Shown piece by piece: positions 1 through 9,415 of a DNA stretch of 56,623 bases; within the stretch, counting starts at the first letter, position 1; every line of letters begins with the position of its first letter. Under the pieces are notes generated by a model. It saw only the letters and a program-made list of their open reading frames with translations, was not told where the DNA came from and made no database searches. Made by a program: the position numbers and the translations under genes. This stretch comes from a virus (Duplodnaviria > Caudoviricetes): positions 1 to 56,623 of IMG/VR virus record IMGVR_UViG_3300036851_000701. One strand, given 5' to 3'.

Positions 1-127
1 AGGTTCCCGAGGACCTGTCGACACTCTCCGACGACGCGCTGGCGGCGCTCGACGAGCAGCTCGCCGCCCGGTTCGCGGAGCTGTACGGCGACGGCCAGAA
101 CGTGCCGACCGAGGTGCTGGCCCAGCT
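1..127. repeat. Terminal direct repeat (assembly overlap of a circular contig), copy 1
   Basis: Identical to 56497-56623 (aggttcccgagg...gcccagct). The 127-nt length matches a common assembler k-mer, and the repeat lies inside a gene. Confidence 0.97.
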
Positions 128-1733
128 GGCGCAGCTGAAGGCCGACTCGGATCGGGTGCGGGGCGAGTACGCCGAGCGGGTCGCGACGGCGGAGCAGAAC
201 GCCGCCGAGGCCGCCGAGCTGGCGCGCGCCGTGCTCGGCGACGGCGACGAGACGGCCGACGATACGGTCGCCGAGCAGCAGGCCGACCAGCCTGACGACG
301 AGGCCGAGGACGCCTCAGAGGGCGACGAGGCCGAGGAGGAGCCGGAGCCGGAGGAGGACCGGGTGCTGGCGACCGTCGCCGCCGACCGGCCGCGCATCCC
401 GGCGCAGCCGCGGGCGTACCCGCGGATCAACCTGTCGCTCGCCGAGCGCCGCGCCCGCGCCCCGCGGCCCCGGCCGACCGAGCAGCACGACCGGGCCGTC
501 GTCACCGCCGCCGCCGACGTGCCGGGCTTCAACCACGAGTCGCGGCTGCCGACGGTGCTCGACGTGGCGACGGCGATGCACGCCCGTGCCCGGAACCTGC
601 CGGTGACCGCGGTCGGCCCGGAGTACGCCAACTACCTGGACGTCGCCGTGCTGCAGAACGAGTTCCCGGTCGTGATCGACGGGGACCGCACCCCCGAGGC
701 CGACGTGTGGGAGATGCTGCAGGCGAACGGCCGGCAGGAGGCCCTGACCGCGGCCGGCGGCTGGTGCGCCCCGTCGGAGGTGCGCTACGACTTCTTCGAC
801 GTCGCCTGCCAGGACGGCGGGATCGACCTGCCGACGTTCGGGGTGCGTCGCGGCGGCATCCGCTTCCCGGTGTCGCCGACGCTCGCCGACGTGTTCACCG
901 GGGCGTTCAACGTGACGACGAACCCGTGGCTGTGGACGGAGACCGACGACATCGCGACGGTGACCGGCGGGCCGAACAAGCCGTGCGTGCGGGTGCCGTG
1001 CCCGAGCTTCACCGACGTGCGGCTGGAGTGCTACGGCATCTGCCTCACCGCGGGCAACCTCACCGACGACGCGTTCCCGGAGGCGACCGCCCACCAGCTC
1101 GGCCTGCTGGAGGCGGCGATGTTCCACGCGTCGAACGCCCGCTACATCGGCCAGATCATCACCGGGTCGACCGTCGTGTCGGGCGGGGCGCTCGACGACG
1201 GAGGCAACGGCACCGCGGCACCGCTGCTCGGCGCCGTCGAGCTGGCGGCGATCGATTTCCGTACCCGGTTCGGGATGTGCGACGACGACATCCTCGAAGT
1301 GGTGCTGCCGTTCTGGGCGCGGGGCGTGCTGCGCTCCGACCTGGCGAAGCGCTCCGGCGTCGACCTGCTCGCCGTGTCGGACGCCCGGCTGAACGACCAC
1401 TTCGACGTGCGCAAGGTGCGCGTCCAGTACGTGGCCGACTGGCAGGTGCGCACCGCCGGCCTGCCGGGCGGCGCCACGGCGCTGACCGCGTGGCCGACGA
1501 CGATCGAGTTCCTCATCTACCCGGCCGGGGCGATCCAGCGCGGCAACGGCATGACGCTGCGGCTCGGCGTGGTCCGCGACTCGGTGCTCAACGCCGAGAA
1601 CGACCACACCGCGGCGTGGATGGAGGAGTGCCACCTGATCGCCACGTTCGGGCCGGCACCCCGCCGCTACCAGGTCGTCATCTGCACCGACGGCACGACC
1701 GGCGCCTCCGACCTGACGGCGTGCGGCGTCTGA
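1..1733 (+). CDS. Major capsid (hexamer-type) protein, 3' part; the gene starts at 56466 across the circular join (587 aa total)
   Basis: Acidic coiled-coil N-terminus, then ALTAAGGWCAPSEVRYD, DLPTFGVRRGGIRFP, KPCVRVPCP..F.DVRL and LGVVRDSVLN.END motifs typical of cluster-B-like actinophage capsid proteins. It follows the protease gene. Confidence 0.9.
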   Translation, partial: VPEDLSTLSDDALAALDEQLAARFAELYGDGQNVPTEVLAQLAQLKADSDRVRGEYAERVATAEQNAAEAAELARAVLGDGDETADDTVAEQQADQPDDEAEDASEGDEAEEEPEPEEDRVLATVAADRPRIPAQPRAYPRINLSLAERRARAPRPRPTEQHDRAVVTAAADVPGFNHESRLPTVLDVATAMHARARNLPVTAVGPEYANYLDVAVLQNEFPVVIDGDRTPEADVWEMLQANGRQEALTAAGGWCAPSEVRYDFFDVACQDGGIDLPTFGVRRGGIRFPVSPTLADVFTGAFNVTTNPWLWTETDDIATVTGGPNKPCVRVPCPSFTDVRLECYGICLTAGNLTDDAFPEATAHQLGLLEAAMFHASNARYIGQIITGSTVVSGGALDDGGNGTAAPLLGAVELAAIDFRTRFGMCDDDILEVVLPFWARGVLRSDLAKRSGVDLLAVSDARLNDHFDVRKVRVQYVADWQVRTAGLPGGATALTAWPTTIEFLIYPAGAIQRGNGMTLRLGVVRDSVLNAENDHTAAWMEECHLIATFGPAPRRYQVVICTDGTTGASDLTACGV

Positions 1734-1779
1734 CCGGAACGCCCGCCGTGACCGATCCGACCGAACGGGGTGAGCGCCG

Positions 1780-2697
1780 GTGAGCCCGGTCGCCCTCGCC
1801 CAGTCGTACGTGGCGGCGCCGGCGTTCGCGCCGCTGCCGTACGGGCTGCTGTCGGTCGCCCAGCCGGTCGACGACCCGGACGCTCACTGGCGGGCCGGCA
1901 TCCAGTACCAGCCGGACCCGTGCGACCCGGCGACCGCCCTGCTGGCCGGCTGCCCGACGACGTCGGACACCGCCACGAAGACGGCGACGTCGACCGGGCT
2001 GGGCACCCGCGGCGCCGAGGCCGTCACCGTCATGGCGTGGGTCGACTGCGGGCCGGTCGGCCTGTGGGACGAGGCCGGCGCCCGCGCCCGACAGGCACTG
2101 CTCAACGGCGAGGGCCGGGCGCTGGAACGGGCGTTCTGGACCGGCGACGTCGAGGGGGCGGCCGCCGCGCTGAACCCGCACCTGGCCGAGGACGCCGCCG
2201 TCGTCGACGGGTCGGTGACGATCCAGACGGCGGCGACGAACGTCGCCACCGGGGCGCCCGCGAACGGCGTGCCGCACGCGGAGGCGATCGGCCTGCTCGA
2301 AGGGGCGCTCGCCGCCTGCTACGGCGGCGTCGGCGTGATCCACATGCCGCGCTGGACGCTGGCGACGTTCGCCGGACCGAACCGGCAGGTCGAGCGCGAC
2401 GGGTCGCGGCTGCGCACCCACGGCGGCACGTGGGTGGCCGCCGGAGCCGGCTACGTCGGCATCGGACCCGACGGGAGCACCCCGCCGGCCGGCTCGGCGT
2501 GGCTGTACGCCACCGGAGCGGTGTTCGTGCGCCGCGGCGACGTCGTCGTGCCGGACGGCCCGCAGTCATTGGACCGGGCCGAGAACCGGCTGGTGATGGT
2601 CGCCGAGCGCACGTACGTCGTCGGATGGGACTGCTGTCACTTCGCGGTGCTCGCCGACGTCGGCGGGTTCACGCCGCCGCTGGTGGCCGCCCCGTGA
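1780..2697 (+). CDS. Probable major capsid pentamer-type / second capsid protein
   Basis: PLPYGLLSVA..W.AG.QY, E.R.LER.FW, YGG.GVIH, WLYATG.V and N...AERTYVVG.DC motifs. Immediately follows the hexamer-type capsid gene. Confidence 0.75.
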   Translation: MSPVALAQSYVAAPAFAPLPYGLLSVAQPVDDPDAHWRAGIQYQPDPCDPATALLAGCPTTSDTATKTATSTGLGTRGAEAVTVMAWVDCGPVGLWDEAGARARQALLNGEGRALERAFWTGDVEGAAAALNPHLAEDAAVVDGSVTIQTAATNVATGAPANGVPHAEAIGLLEGALAACYGGVGVIHMPRWTLATFAGPNRQVERDGSRLRTHGGTWVAAGAGYVGIGPDGSTPPAGSAWLYATGAVFVRRGDVVVPDGPQSLDRAENRLVMVAERTYVVGWDCCHFAVLADVGGFTPPLVAAP

Positions 2698-2918
2698 TCG
2701 TGCAGGCGGCCGACGAGGACCGCTTCCTGTACGCCCTGGGGCTCGTCGAGGGCCACCCGGCCGTGCCGCTCGGCGGGAACGCCTTCCACGTCGCAGACGG
2801 CGCCCTGGCGGCGCTGAGGCCGGCGGTAGACGCCGGCTACGTCACCGTCGACGTCCCGATCACAGACCAGCCCGCACCGACGCGGGCGCGAGGCCGCCGC
2901 AAGGCGCAGGAGGAGTAG
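2694..2918 (+). CDS. Small hypothetical virion-region protein (74 aa)
   Basis: GTGA overlap with the upstream stop; MIVQAADEDRFLYALG...RGRRKAQEE; fills the gap to the tail tube gene. Confidence 0.65.
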   Translation: MIVQAADEDRFLYALGLVEGHPAVPLGGNAFHVADGALAALRPAVDAGYVTVDVPITDQPAPTRARGRRKAQEE

Positions 2919-2922
2919 ACCA

Positions 2923-3600
2923 GTGCCGGCACTATGCATCCCCGCCAAGACCCCGCAGGTGATGCGGGTCGTACTGGAAAACAGCTGCGGCGTCCCGGTG
3001 ACGGGGGCGTCGTCGTCGCAGATCGTCACCGACGCGTACGTGTCGATCGCCGTCACGGCCGACTACGAGGCGGGCACCGAGTACAAGCTGAAGAAGGCGA
3101 ACGGCGAGTTCTGCGTCAACGAGCGCGGCAAGAAGCAGCTCAACCGGTTCTCGGCGGCGATCGAGATCTGCGTGATCGACCCGGACCTGATCGCCATGTT
3201 CCTCGGCGGCACCGTCATCACGACGGGGGCGCCGGCGACCGGCACCGGCCTGTGGATCGGCGAGGGGCTGATCGTCAACCGGTTCTCGCTGGAGGTCTGG
3301 CAGGAGGCGGCCGGCGCGGGGGCGTGCGCCCCCGGCGGGCAGACCCGCTACCTGTACTGGGCGTTCCCGAACATGGGGGACGCCGAGATGGGCGACTTCA
3401 CGGTGCAGGACGGCACGTTCACGCTCACGTTCACCGCGGAGACGGCCGCGGCCGCCGACGAGTGGGGCAACGGACCGGGCACCGGCACGTCGTGGATCGG
3501 GCCGGTAACGGCCGGGTCGCCGACCGCGAAGCACATCGGGTTCAACATCTCGACGATCCCGCCGCCGGCCGAGACCGGCTGCGGCGCCGTGGCGCTCTAA
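2923..3600 (+). CDS. Major tail (tube) protein
   Basis: Strong RBS (aggaggag). CG.PV.G, K.ANG..CV, C..DPD, F.LE.W, WG.GP and PPP..CG motifs typical of actinophage tail tube proteins. Confidence 0.85.
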   Translation: MPALCIPAKTPQVMRVVLENSCGVPVTGASSSQIVTDAYVSIAVTADYEAGTEYKLKKANGEFCVNERGKKQLNRFSAAIEICVIDPDLIAMFLGGTVITTGAPATGTGLWIGEGLIVNRFSLEVWQEAAGAGACAPGGQTRYLYWAFPNMGDAEMGDFTVQDGTFTLTFTAETAAAADEWGNGPGTGTSWIGPVTAGSPTAKHIGFNISTIPPPAETGCGAVAL

Positions 3601-3611
3601 GCTCTCCCCTG

Positions 3612-3998
3612 ATGGGCGCCGTCCTGGTCGGACCGGGCGGTCGGGTCGAGGTCGACAACGAGCTGGGCGCCCCGCTGCGGCAGATGCTGCCGCCGGAGCT
3701 GCCGGTGTCGGTCACCGTCGTCGGGCCGCAGGCCGGGCTCGTGCTCGTCGCCGTCGGGCCGGCCGAGCGGCTCCGCCTGCTGCGCAACGCGGGCCACTGC
3801 GACCCGGCGCTCGTCGCCGGGACGTACCCGGTCGCGACGCTGAAGCTCGGGACGCTGACGCTGTGGTCCGACAAGCTCGAACCGGGCCTGCCGTGGTCGG
3901 AGACGGTGAACTTCGAGGGGGCGCTCGGCGACGACCTGACGTTCGACCTGACGACGACGGCCAGCGTGTTCCTCAACCTGCGCTACGAGCTGTTCTGA
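3612..3998 (+). CDS. Hypothetical protein (128 aa), paralog of the C-terminal domain of 5940-6995
   Basis: ATG at 3612. RLRLLRNAGHCDPA...SD.LE.GLPWSETV.FEG is shared with the 5940-6995 product. Confidence 0.8.
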   Translation: MGAVLVGPGGRVEVDNELGAPLRQMLPPELPVSVTVVGPQAGLVLVAVGPAERLRLLRNAGHCDPALVAGTYPVATLKLGTLTLWSDKLEPGLPWSETVNFEGALGDDLTFDLTTTASVFLNLRYELF

Positions 3999-5884
3999 TG
4001 CTCCTCGACCTGTGGCCGCTGCTCGACGAGACGGCACCCACGTTCGACTTCGGCCCGTACCTGCAGGAGCCGGGCGGCCAGACCATCGTCCTGGCCGACG
4101 GCGACTACGAGGTCGCAGACTTCGTCCAGCCGGCGTCGCAGCGCACCGACTGGCTCGTGCTGCGAGCCAGCACCCCACACGGCGTGAGGGTCGTCCCGAG
4201 AGGCGGCGGCGACCTGGTCGTCGAGCACGTCGGCGAGTGGACGTACTTGAACAAGATCGCGTTCGTCGGCATCGACTTCGTGGACCTGCGGCTCAACCTG
4301 CACGGCTGCGACGAGGTCGTCTGGTGGTACCCGGCGTGGGCGTACCCGAACTCGGCGTACCCTGGCGCCGGCCCCGGCACTCACCCGGCCGACCAGGCGC
4401 CGACGACGGTGCTGTTCACGGCGGGCGGCAGCCCGTTCCGGCGCAGCAACAGGTGCGCCATCTACGGCGGGAACCTGACCGCGTCGGTCGACTGCATCGA
4501 CTGGAAGAAGGCCGACGAGATCGCCGCGGTCGGCTGCATCCTCACGCCGTCGGGCTCGCCGTACGAGGAATGGCACGACGACGCCACCCAGCTGTCCGGC
4601 CAGAACCTGGGCGTCGACGTGTTCTGCAGCTGGGTCAAGGGCCGCAACTTCTGGAAGATCGAACCCGAGTTCAACACGCTCGACTGTGACATCGCGGTCC
4701 GTGAGTCGTGGGTGTCCGGCTCGTTCGGCGTCGGCTTCCACCTCGGCGTCAAGGAGGACGCCGCGAACCCGGCGCCGACGGCGAAGCTCGCCGTGACCCG
4801 CACCAACGTCAGATCGTGGGGGCACAACGGCGCCGACACGCTCGAAGGCGACAACAACACGCACCCCGAGCTGGTGCAGCTCAACGACTTCAACTACATC
4901 CCCGACGTCGCTCCTTCCGGCGACGACCCGGCGACGAAGTGGCGGGCAGCCCACCCGTACACGATCTGGTCCGACTACCTCGGCATCCCCATCTTCGTGT
5001 ACGGCGAGTCGAAAGCGACGCCCTGGAACGTCGGGCTGCTGCCGGCGCCGCTGGCGAACAGCACCGGCGGCACGATCACCTACTCCGGCTCGAACCTGCT
5101 GATCGAGAACCTCAAGTTCCTGCGGCGGGTGATCGTCACCGGCCAGGACATCACGTTCAAGAACTGCTGGTTCGCCGGCGAGGCCAACCCCGCCACCGGG
5201 AACGAGCTGACCCTCGTGTGGGTGCGCAACACGGCGGCGAACGTGCTGCTCGAACACTGCCTGTTCAAGCCGCAGACCCCCAACTCGGAGTGGGGCGATG
5301 GGCTGTTCGGCCACAACTTCACGGTGCGCCGCTCGCGGTTCATGCACACGATCGACGGCATCGGCGTCAACCACTTCACGAACGGCCAGACGGCGAGCGC
5401 CGTGATCGAGGGCAACCTGATCTCCGACCTGGCGTTCTGGTCGCCGTACCCGTCGCAGCCCGACAACCGGTCGCACAACGACTGCATCCAGCTGCACAAC
5501 GCGATCGACGGCGTCACGATACGAGGCAACACCCTGCGGGCGAGCCTGTCGCCGCACGTCGGCAACTGGGCGCCCGGCGAGTGGGGGACGGCGAGCATCC
5601 TGAACGGCAGCAACTCGGTCGGTGACGTGTGGCTCAACACGCTGATCGAGAAGAACTGGATCTCGGGTGGGATCACCGGCTGCAACTTCGGGGCGAAGGA
5701 CAGCGCCACCAACCTGGACATCGTCGGCAACCGCTGGGGGCGCGACTTCCGGAACGGCCCGGCCACCTACGTGCAGAAGCACAACAACTTCCACTTCACC
5801 GGCACCAACTCGATATCCGGCAACGTCTACGAGGACGACGGCACGCCGGCGAACCAGGGCGCCTGCTGCGGGAGCTGGCCGTGA
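3998..5884 (+). CDS. Parallel beta-helix (pectate-lyase-like) protein, putative tailspike/depolymerase (628 aa)
   Basis: TGATG overlap start. Repeating I.N..F / I.GN.I / HNDCIQ / V.I.GN / I..NW beta-helix patterns in two blocks. Confidence 0.7.
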   Translation: MLLDLWPLLDETAPTFDFGPYLQEPGGQTIVLADGDYEVADFVQPASQRTDWLVLRASTPHGVRVVPRGGGDLVVEHVGEWTYLNKIAFVGIDFVDLRLNLHGCDEVVWWYPAWAYPNSAYPGAGPGTHPADQAPTTVLFTAGGSPFRRSNRCAIYGGNLTASVDCIDWKKADEIAAVGCILTPSGSPYEEWHDDATQLSGQNLGVDVFCSWVKGRNFWKIEPEFNTLDCDIAVRESWVSGSFGVGFHLGVKEDAANPAPTAKLAVTRTNVRSWGHNGADTLEGDNNTHPELVQLNDFNYIPDVAPSGDDPATKWRAAHPYTIWSDYLGIPIFVYGESKATPWNVGLLPAPLANSTGGTITYSGSNLLIENLKFLRRVIVTGQDITFKNCWFAGEANPATGNELTLVWVRNTAANVLLEHCLFKPQTPNSEWGDGLFGHNFTVRRSRFMHTIDGIGVNHFTNGQTASAVIEGNLISDLAFWSPYPSQPDNRSHNDCIQLHNAIDGVTIRGNTLRASLSPHVGNWAPGEWGTASILNGSNSVGDVWLNTLIEKNWISGGITGCNFGAKDSATNLDIVGNRWGRDFRNGPATYVQKHNNFHFTGTNSISGNVYEDDGTPANQGACCGSWP

Positions 5885-5939
5885 GCGATCATCCGCCGGC
5901 GGCGACGCCTGCGACTACAGTCGACGCGGGAGGTGCGAC

Positions 5940-6995
5940 GTGGCCGACGGCACCGTAGGGGTAAAGCAGAGCACCGCACCGGACCGGCTGATCGACAACG
6001 AGGCGCTGACGATCGGCGCCCAGACCGTGTACCGGCAGCGGGTGCGGGACCCCGACGCGATCGCCCAGCTCACGACGGCCGTCGCCCACCTGGCGAGCAT
6101 CCTCGCCGAGCTGCAGGCGACGCTCACCGTCGACGGCACGGTCGCCGTCTCGAACTTCCCGGCCACCCAGCCGGTGTCCGGCCCGCTGACGGACACGCAG
6201 CTTCGCGCGGCCTCCGTGCCGGTGTCGACCGGTCTGGTGCAGCCGCTCACAGATACCCAACTTCGAGCCGCGGCGGTGCCGGTGTCGGGGCCGGCAACCG
6301 ACTCGCAGCTGCGGGCGTCGCCGCTGCCGGTATCAGGACCGCTCACCGACAGCCAGCTCCGCGCCGCCGCGGTGCCAGTATCGACGGGGCTCGCCCAGCC
6401 GCTCACCGACTCGCAGCTCCGAGCGGCCGCCGTACCCGTCTCCGGCCCGCTCACCGACGCCCAGATGCGAGCGACGGCCGTAGCGGTGTCGGGTCCTCTG
6501 ACCGACGCGCAGCTGCGCGTCGCGGCGGTGCCGGTCGCTACCGGGCTGAACCCTCTCACCGACGCGCAGCTGCGCGCCGCCGCGGTCGCCGTGTCAGGTC
6601 CGCTCACCGACCTGCAGCTCCGGGCGTCGGCGCTCGCGGTCGTCGACGACCCGCTGACGCTCGCCGACTCGGTGCGGCAGACGAGCCGGGTGATGACCGC
6701 CCTGTCGGTCGACAAGACGGGTCCGCTCGCCGGGCACGTGCTCGTGCCGGTGGCGCCCGGCAATCGGCTGCGTTTGCTGCGCAACGCCGGGCACTGTGAT
6801 CCGGCGACGTCGAGCGGCGTGTTCCCGAACGTGACGCTCAGGATCGGCGGCACGACCGTCTACTCGGACCGGCTCGAAGCCGGCCTGCCGTGGTCCGAGA
6901 CCGTCTGCTTCGAGGGCGGCGACGGCGAGGACCTGACGATCGACCTGGACGTCGGCACCGTCTACCTGAACGTGCGCTACGAGGTATTCGCGTGA
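5940..6995 (+). CDS. Repeat-containing fibre-like virion protein (351 aa)
   Basis: RBS gggagg before the GTG at 5940. Nine P(L/A)TD.Q(L/M)R repeats, then a domain paralogous to 3612-3998. Confidence 0.8.
   Translation: MADGTVGVKQSTAPDRLIDNEALTIGAQTVYRQRVRDPDAIAQLTTAVAHLASILAELQATLTVDGTVAVSNFPATQPVSGPLTDTQLRAASVPVSTGLVQPLTDTQLRAAAVPVSGPATDSQLRASPLPVSGPLTDSQLRAAAVPVSTGLAQPLTDSQLRAAAVPVSGPLTDAQMRATAVAVSGPLTDAQLRVAAVPVATGLNPLTDAQLRAAAVAVSGPLTDLQLRASALAVVDDPLTLADSVRQTSRVMTALSVDKTGPLAGHVLVPVAPGNRLRLLRNAGHCDPATSSGVFPNVTLRIGGTTVYSDRLEAGLPWSETVCFEGGDGEDLTIDLDVGTVYLNVRYEVFA
6170..6640 (+). repeat. Nine degenerate coding tandem repeats (16-20 aa, consensus GPLTDAQLRAAAVPVS)
   Basis: Repeats are visible in translation, with synonymous codons diverged between copies. 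Boundaries approximate. Confidence 0.9.
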
Positions 6996-7267
6996 GCGTC
7001 GTGCACGCCGCCGGGGGCCGGCGCGGCTCGGTGTCGGTCGACACGATGGTGCACCGCTCGGCACGCACCGGACAGGCGACGGCGTACGTGACGGTCGGCT
7101 ACATCCCGCTGCGCAGCGTGCGACGCTGGCGGCGGACGCTCGCCCACGTCGGGCAGGTCGTGCGGCACGACGTGCCGGCCGAGGCGAAGGTGGTACTGGC
7201 GTTCACGAACCGCGACGGCCGACCGGGTCGGCAGCGCACGATCAGAAAGGGAAGGGCCGATGGCTAA
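6992..7267 (+). CDS. Hypothetical basic protein
   Basis: GTGA coupling to the upstream stop; overlaps the next start. Confidence 0.55.
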   Translation: MSVVHAAGGRRGSVSVDTMVHRSARTGQATAYVTVGYIPLRSVRRWRRTLAHVGQVVRHDVPAEAKVVLAFTNRDGRPGRQRTIRKGRADG

Positions 7268-7490
7268 ACGAACGGTGCGGGTGATCCGCACGTGGGACGT
7301 CGACGTCGACGCCGAGTACGGCGACAGCGACCGGCAGCTGCAGGGCAAGGTCAGCGAGGCGTACCTCGACGGCACGTCGCCGGACGCCGAGGACCGGCTG
7401 GTGATGCCGCACGCCGAGTCGCCGTACGCCAAGCACGGCGACATCCCCGCCACATCCGGCGACGAGCAGGAGGAAGTGGCATGGCGCTGA
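7260..7490 (+). CDS. Hypothetical protein (76 aa)
   Basis: RBS gaaaggg and ATG; part of a tightly packed operon. Confidence 0.65.
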   Translation: MAKRTVRVIRTWDVDVDAEYGDSDRQLQGKVSEAYLDGTSPDAEDRLVMPHAESPYAKHGDIPATSGDEQEEVAWR

Positions 7491-8152
7491 TCCGACGATG
7501 CAGCCGCGCTCAGGAGTACACCGTCACCTACGTCCCCCGGACGGTAAAGCCGGAGACCGAGGTCTACGGGATCGACGTGCCGCCGCTGTGGCCCGGAGAC
7601 TCGATCGTACTGACCGCCGACCGATGGAGGCACGAGAGGTTCCGGCGACAGAACCCTGAGATGGTCGCGAAAGAAACCTCCAACAGCGACGGGTGCCCCG
7701 AGGAAGCCGGGAGCGCGCTGCTGCCGATGCTGCTGGCAGTCCTGTCGCTGCTGCTGTTCGCGCTCGCCGCCGTCGTCCCTGACGTCGGCGAGCAGTGGAA
7801 CGTCGACAAGGTCCAGGACGTCGCCCCGAACTCGAACGCCCGCATGAACGTCCTCGCCGTCGGCACCGGCGCGACCGCCGAGTCGGAGACCGTGACGATG
7901 GCGTCGCTCACCGAGGTATCCGAGGCGAGGGTCACCGGAACGCTCTCGCAGCCGGCGACGGACACCGACCGGCTCGACGCCACGATGACGTTCGCCGGCA
8001 CGAAGACCGTCACCCAGGCGGCCCGCACGAACACCACCACCAAAGGCGGCGCCGGCGAGGTGATGGGGTTCTACGCCCTGTACACCGGCATCCCGGTCGA
8101 GTCGGCCGACTCGATCCAGTACCTGCTGGACATCGTCACCGCCGGGGCATAG
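7481..8152 (+). CDS. Putative minor tail / tail-collar-like protein (223 aa)
   Basis: RBS aggagg, ATG at 7481. The C-terminal V.PD.G...LAVGTGAT.E....L.E..EARV.GT pattern resembles tail-collar-like domains. Confidence 0.55.
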   Translation: MALIRRCSRAQEYTVTYVPRTVKPETEVYGIDVPPLWPGDSIVLTADRWRHERFRRQNPEMVAKETSNSDGCPEEAGSALLPMLLAVLSLLLFALAAVVPDVGEQWNVDKVQDVAPNSNARMNVLAVGTGATAESETVTMASLTEVSEARVTGTLSQPATDTDRLDATMTFAGTKTVTQAARTNTTTKGGAGEVMGFYALYTGIPVESADSIQYLLDIVTAGA

Positions 8153-8157
8153 CCGGA

Positions 8158-9387
8158 GTGGCCGAACCGCCGCTCCGCGATCTGACGTTCTGGTGCCGCA
8201 ACGACGTCACCGTCGACTCGGGCGCCGGGATCGACGTCCGCCGCCTCGACGACGCTAACTCGGGGGCGGGTGACAGCTCGCAGACGGCGGTCGGCACGCA
8301 CACGTCCGACAATCAGGGCCGGACGTGGGACCCGGCGACGGCGGGGGTGTCGACACCCACCGACCCGCTCGCGCTGCAGCGGCTCGGCTGGGCGCTGCCG
8401 CTCGCCGACATCACGCCCGCCGATACCCGGTGCAAGGCCCGCCTCCCGGCCGGGAACGCCACGCTGGCGGCGCCGGTCACGATGACACGGGCGAACGCGG
8501 CGCCGCTGACCGCGTGCACCAACTTCACGCTCCAGGCGTCGCTGTGGCGCTACAAGCCGAGCACCGACGCCGGGGTGTTCATCGCGTCGGCGGTCAGCGC
8601 CGGGCAGACGTACGACCTGGTGCTGCAGCCGTCGGCGACGTTCAACCTGTCGCTCACCCTGACGTGGGCCGCCGACGTCGTGTTCGAGCGGGACGAGGTG
8701 CTGCTGCTGCAGATCGGCTGCGGCACCGGCAACCTCGGCAACCCGGCACTCGGCACCACCAACTACACGTTCACGCTGCAGATCGACGCCGCCGGCGCCG
8801 GCGAGCTGACGCTGAACACGGCGTCGCTCAACGCGAAGTGCGACCTCACGGCGGCCGGCGCCCTCGCTCTGAACGGGTCGCCGCCCGACGTGAAGACCAG
8901 CCGGCGGCGCACGCTCGCGGCGGCGCTGTCGCTCGCCGGCGCGGCCGACCAGCGGCTGACGCTGCACCGCACCCGGAGCGCGGTGCTGGCGCTGAACGCC
9001 GCGTTCGACAAGCAACTGGAGCTGCGACGCACGCACGCCGCCGCCGTCGCGCTGAACGCCCAGCGCCCGGTACGCCACGTGAAGCCGAAAGCGAAGCAGG
9101 CGACGCTGACGCTCGCCGCCGCCGAGGACTACCGGCTCGTGCTGCGCCGGCAGCGGGCCGCCACCCTGGCGCTGAGCGGCGACATCACGACGACGCTGCG
9201 GGTCCGCAAGATCGCGAACCTGGCGCTCAACGCGGTGCTCGACACCAGGCTGCAGCTGCAGCGCCGGTTCACGGCGAACGTGGCGCTCAATGGCCGGCTG
9301 TACGTGGTGCTCGCCCAGCACATCCTCGCCCGGCTCGCCGGCGGCGCCGTCACCGTCGTCCGCAGGATCTTCGCGATCAGCGACTAG
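8158..9387 (+). CDS. Putative minor tail/fibre protein (409 aa)
   Basis: GTG at 8158. Thr/Ala-rich beta region, then repeated A.L.L.A...L.L.R units. Confidence 0.6.
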   Translation: MAEPPLRDLTFWCRNDVTVDSGAGIDVRRLDDANSGAGDSSQTAVGTHTSDNQGRTWDPATAGVSTPTDPLALQRLGWALPLADITPADTRCKARLPAGNATLAAPVTMTRANAAPLTACTNFTLQASLWRYKPSTDAGVFIASAVSAGQTYDLVLQPSATFNLSLTLTWAADVVFERDEVLLLQIGCGTGNLGNPALGTTNYTFTLQIDAAGAGELTLNTASLNAKCDLTAAGALALNGSPPDVKTSRRRTLAAALSLAGAADQRLTLHRTRSAVLALNAAFDKQLELRRTHAAAVALNAQRPVRHVKPKAKQATLTLAAAEDYRLVLRRQRAATLALSGDITTTLRVRKIANLALNAVLDTRLQLQRRFTANVALNGRLYVVLAQHILARLAGGAVTVVRRIFAISD

Positions 9388-9415
9388 AAGGCGGCTACGT
9401 GAGAGACTCGACGGC

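Noticed and set aside
1-127. 127-bp terminal repeat as a biological DTR or att site
   Set aside because: It lies inside the capsid gene and equals a typical assembler k-mer overlap, so it only indicates circularity.
6170-6640. Repeat block as a CRISPR array or DGR template/variable repeat
   Set aside because: The repeats are conserved at protein level with synonymous changes. There are no spacers, no adenine-specific variation and no reverse transcriptase.
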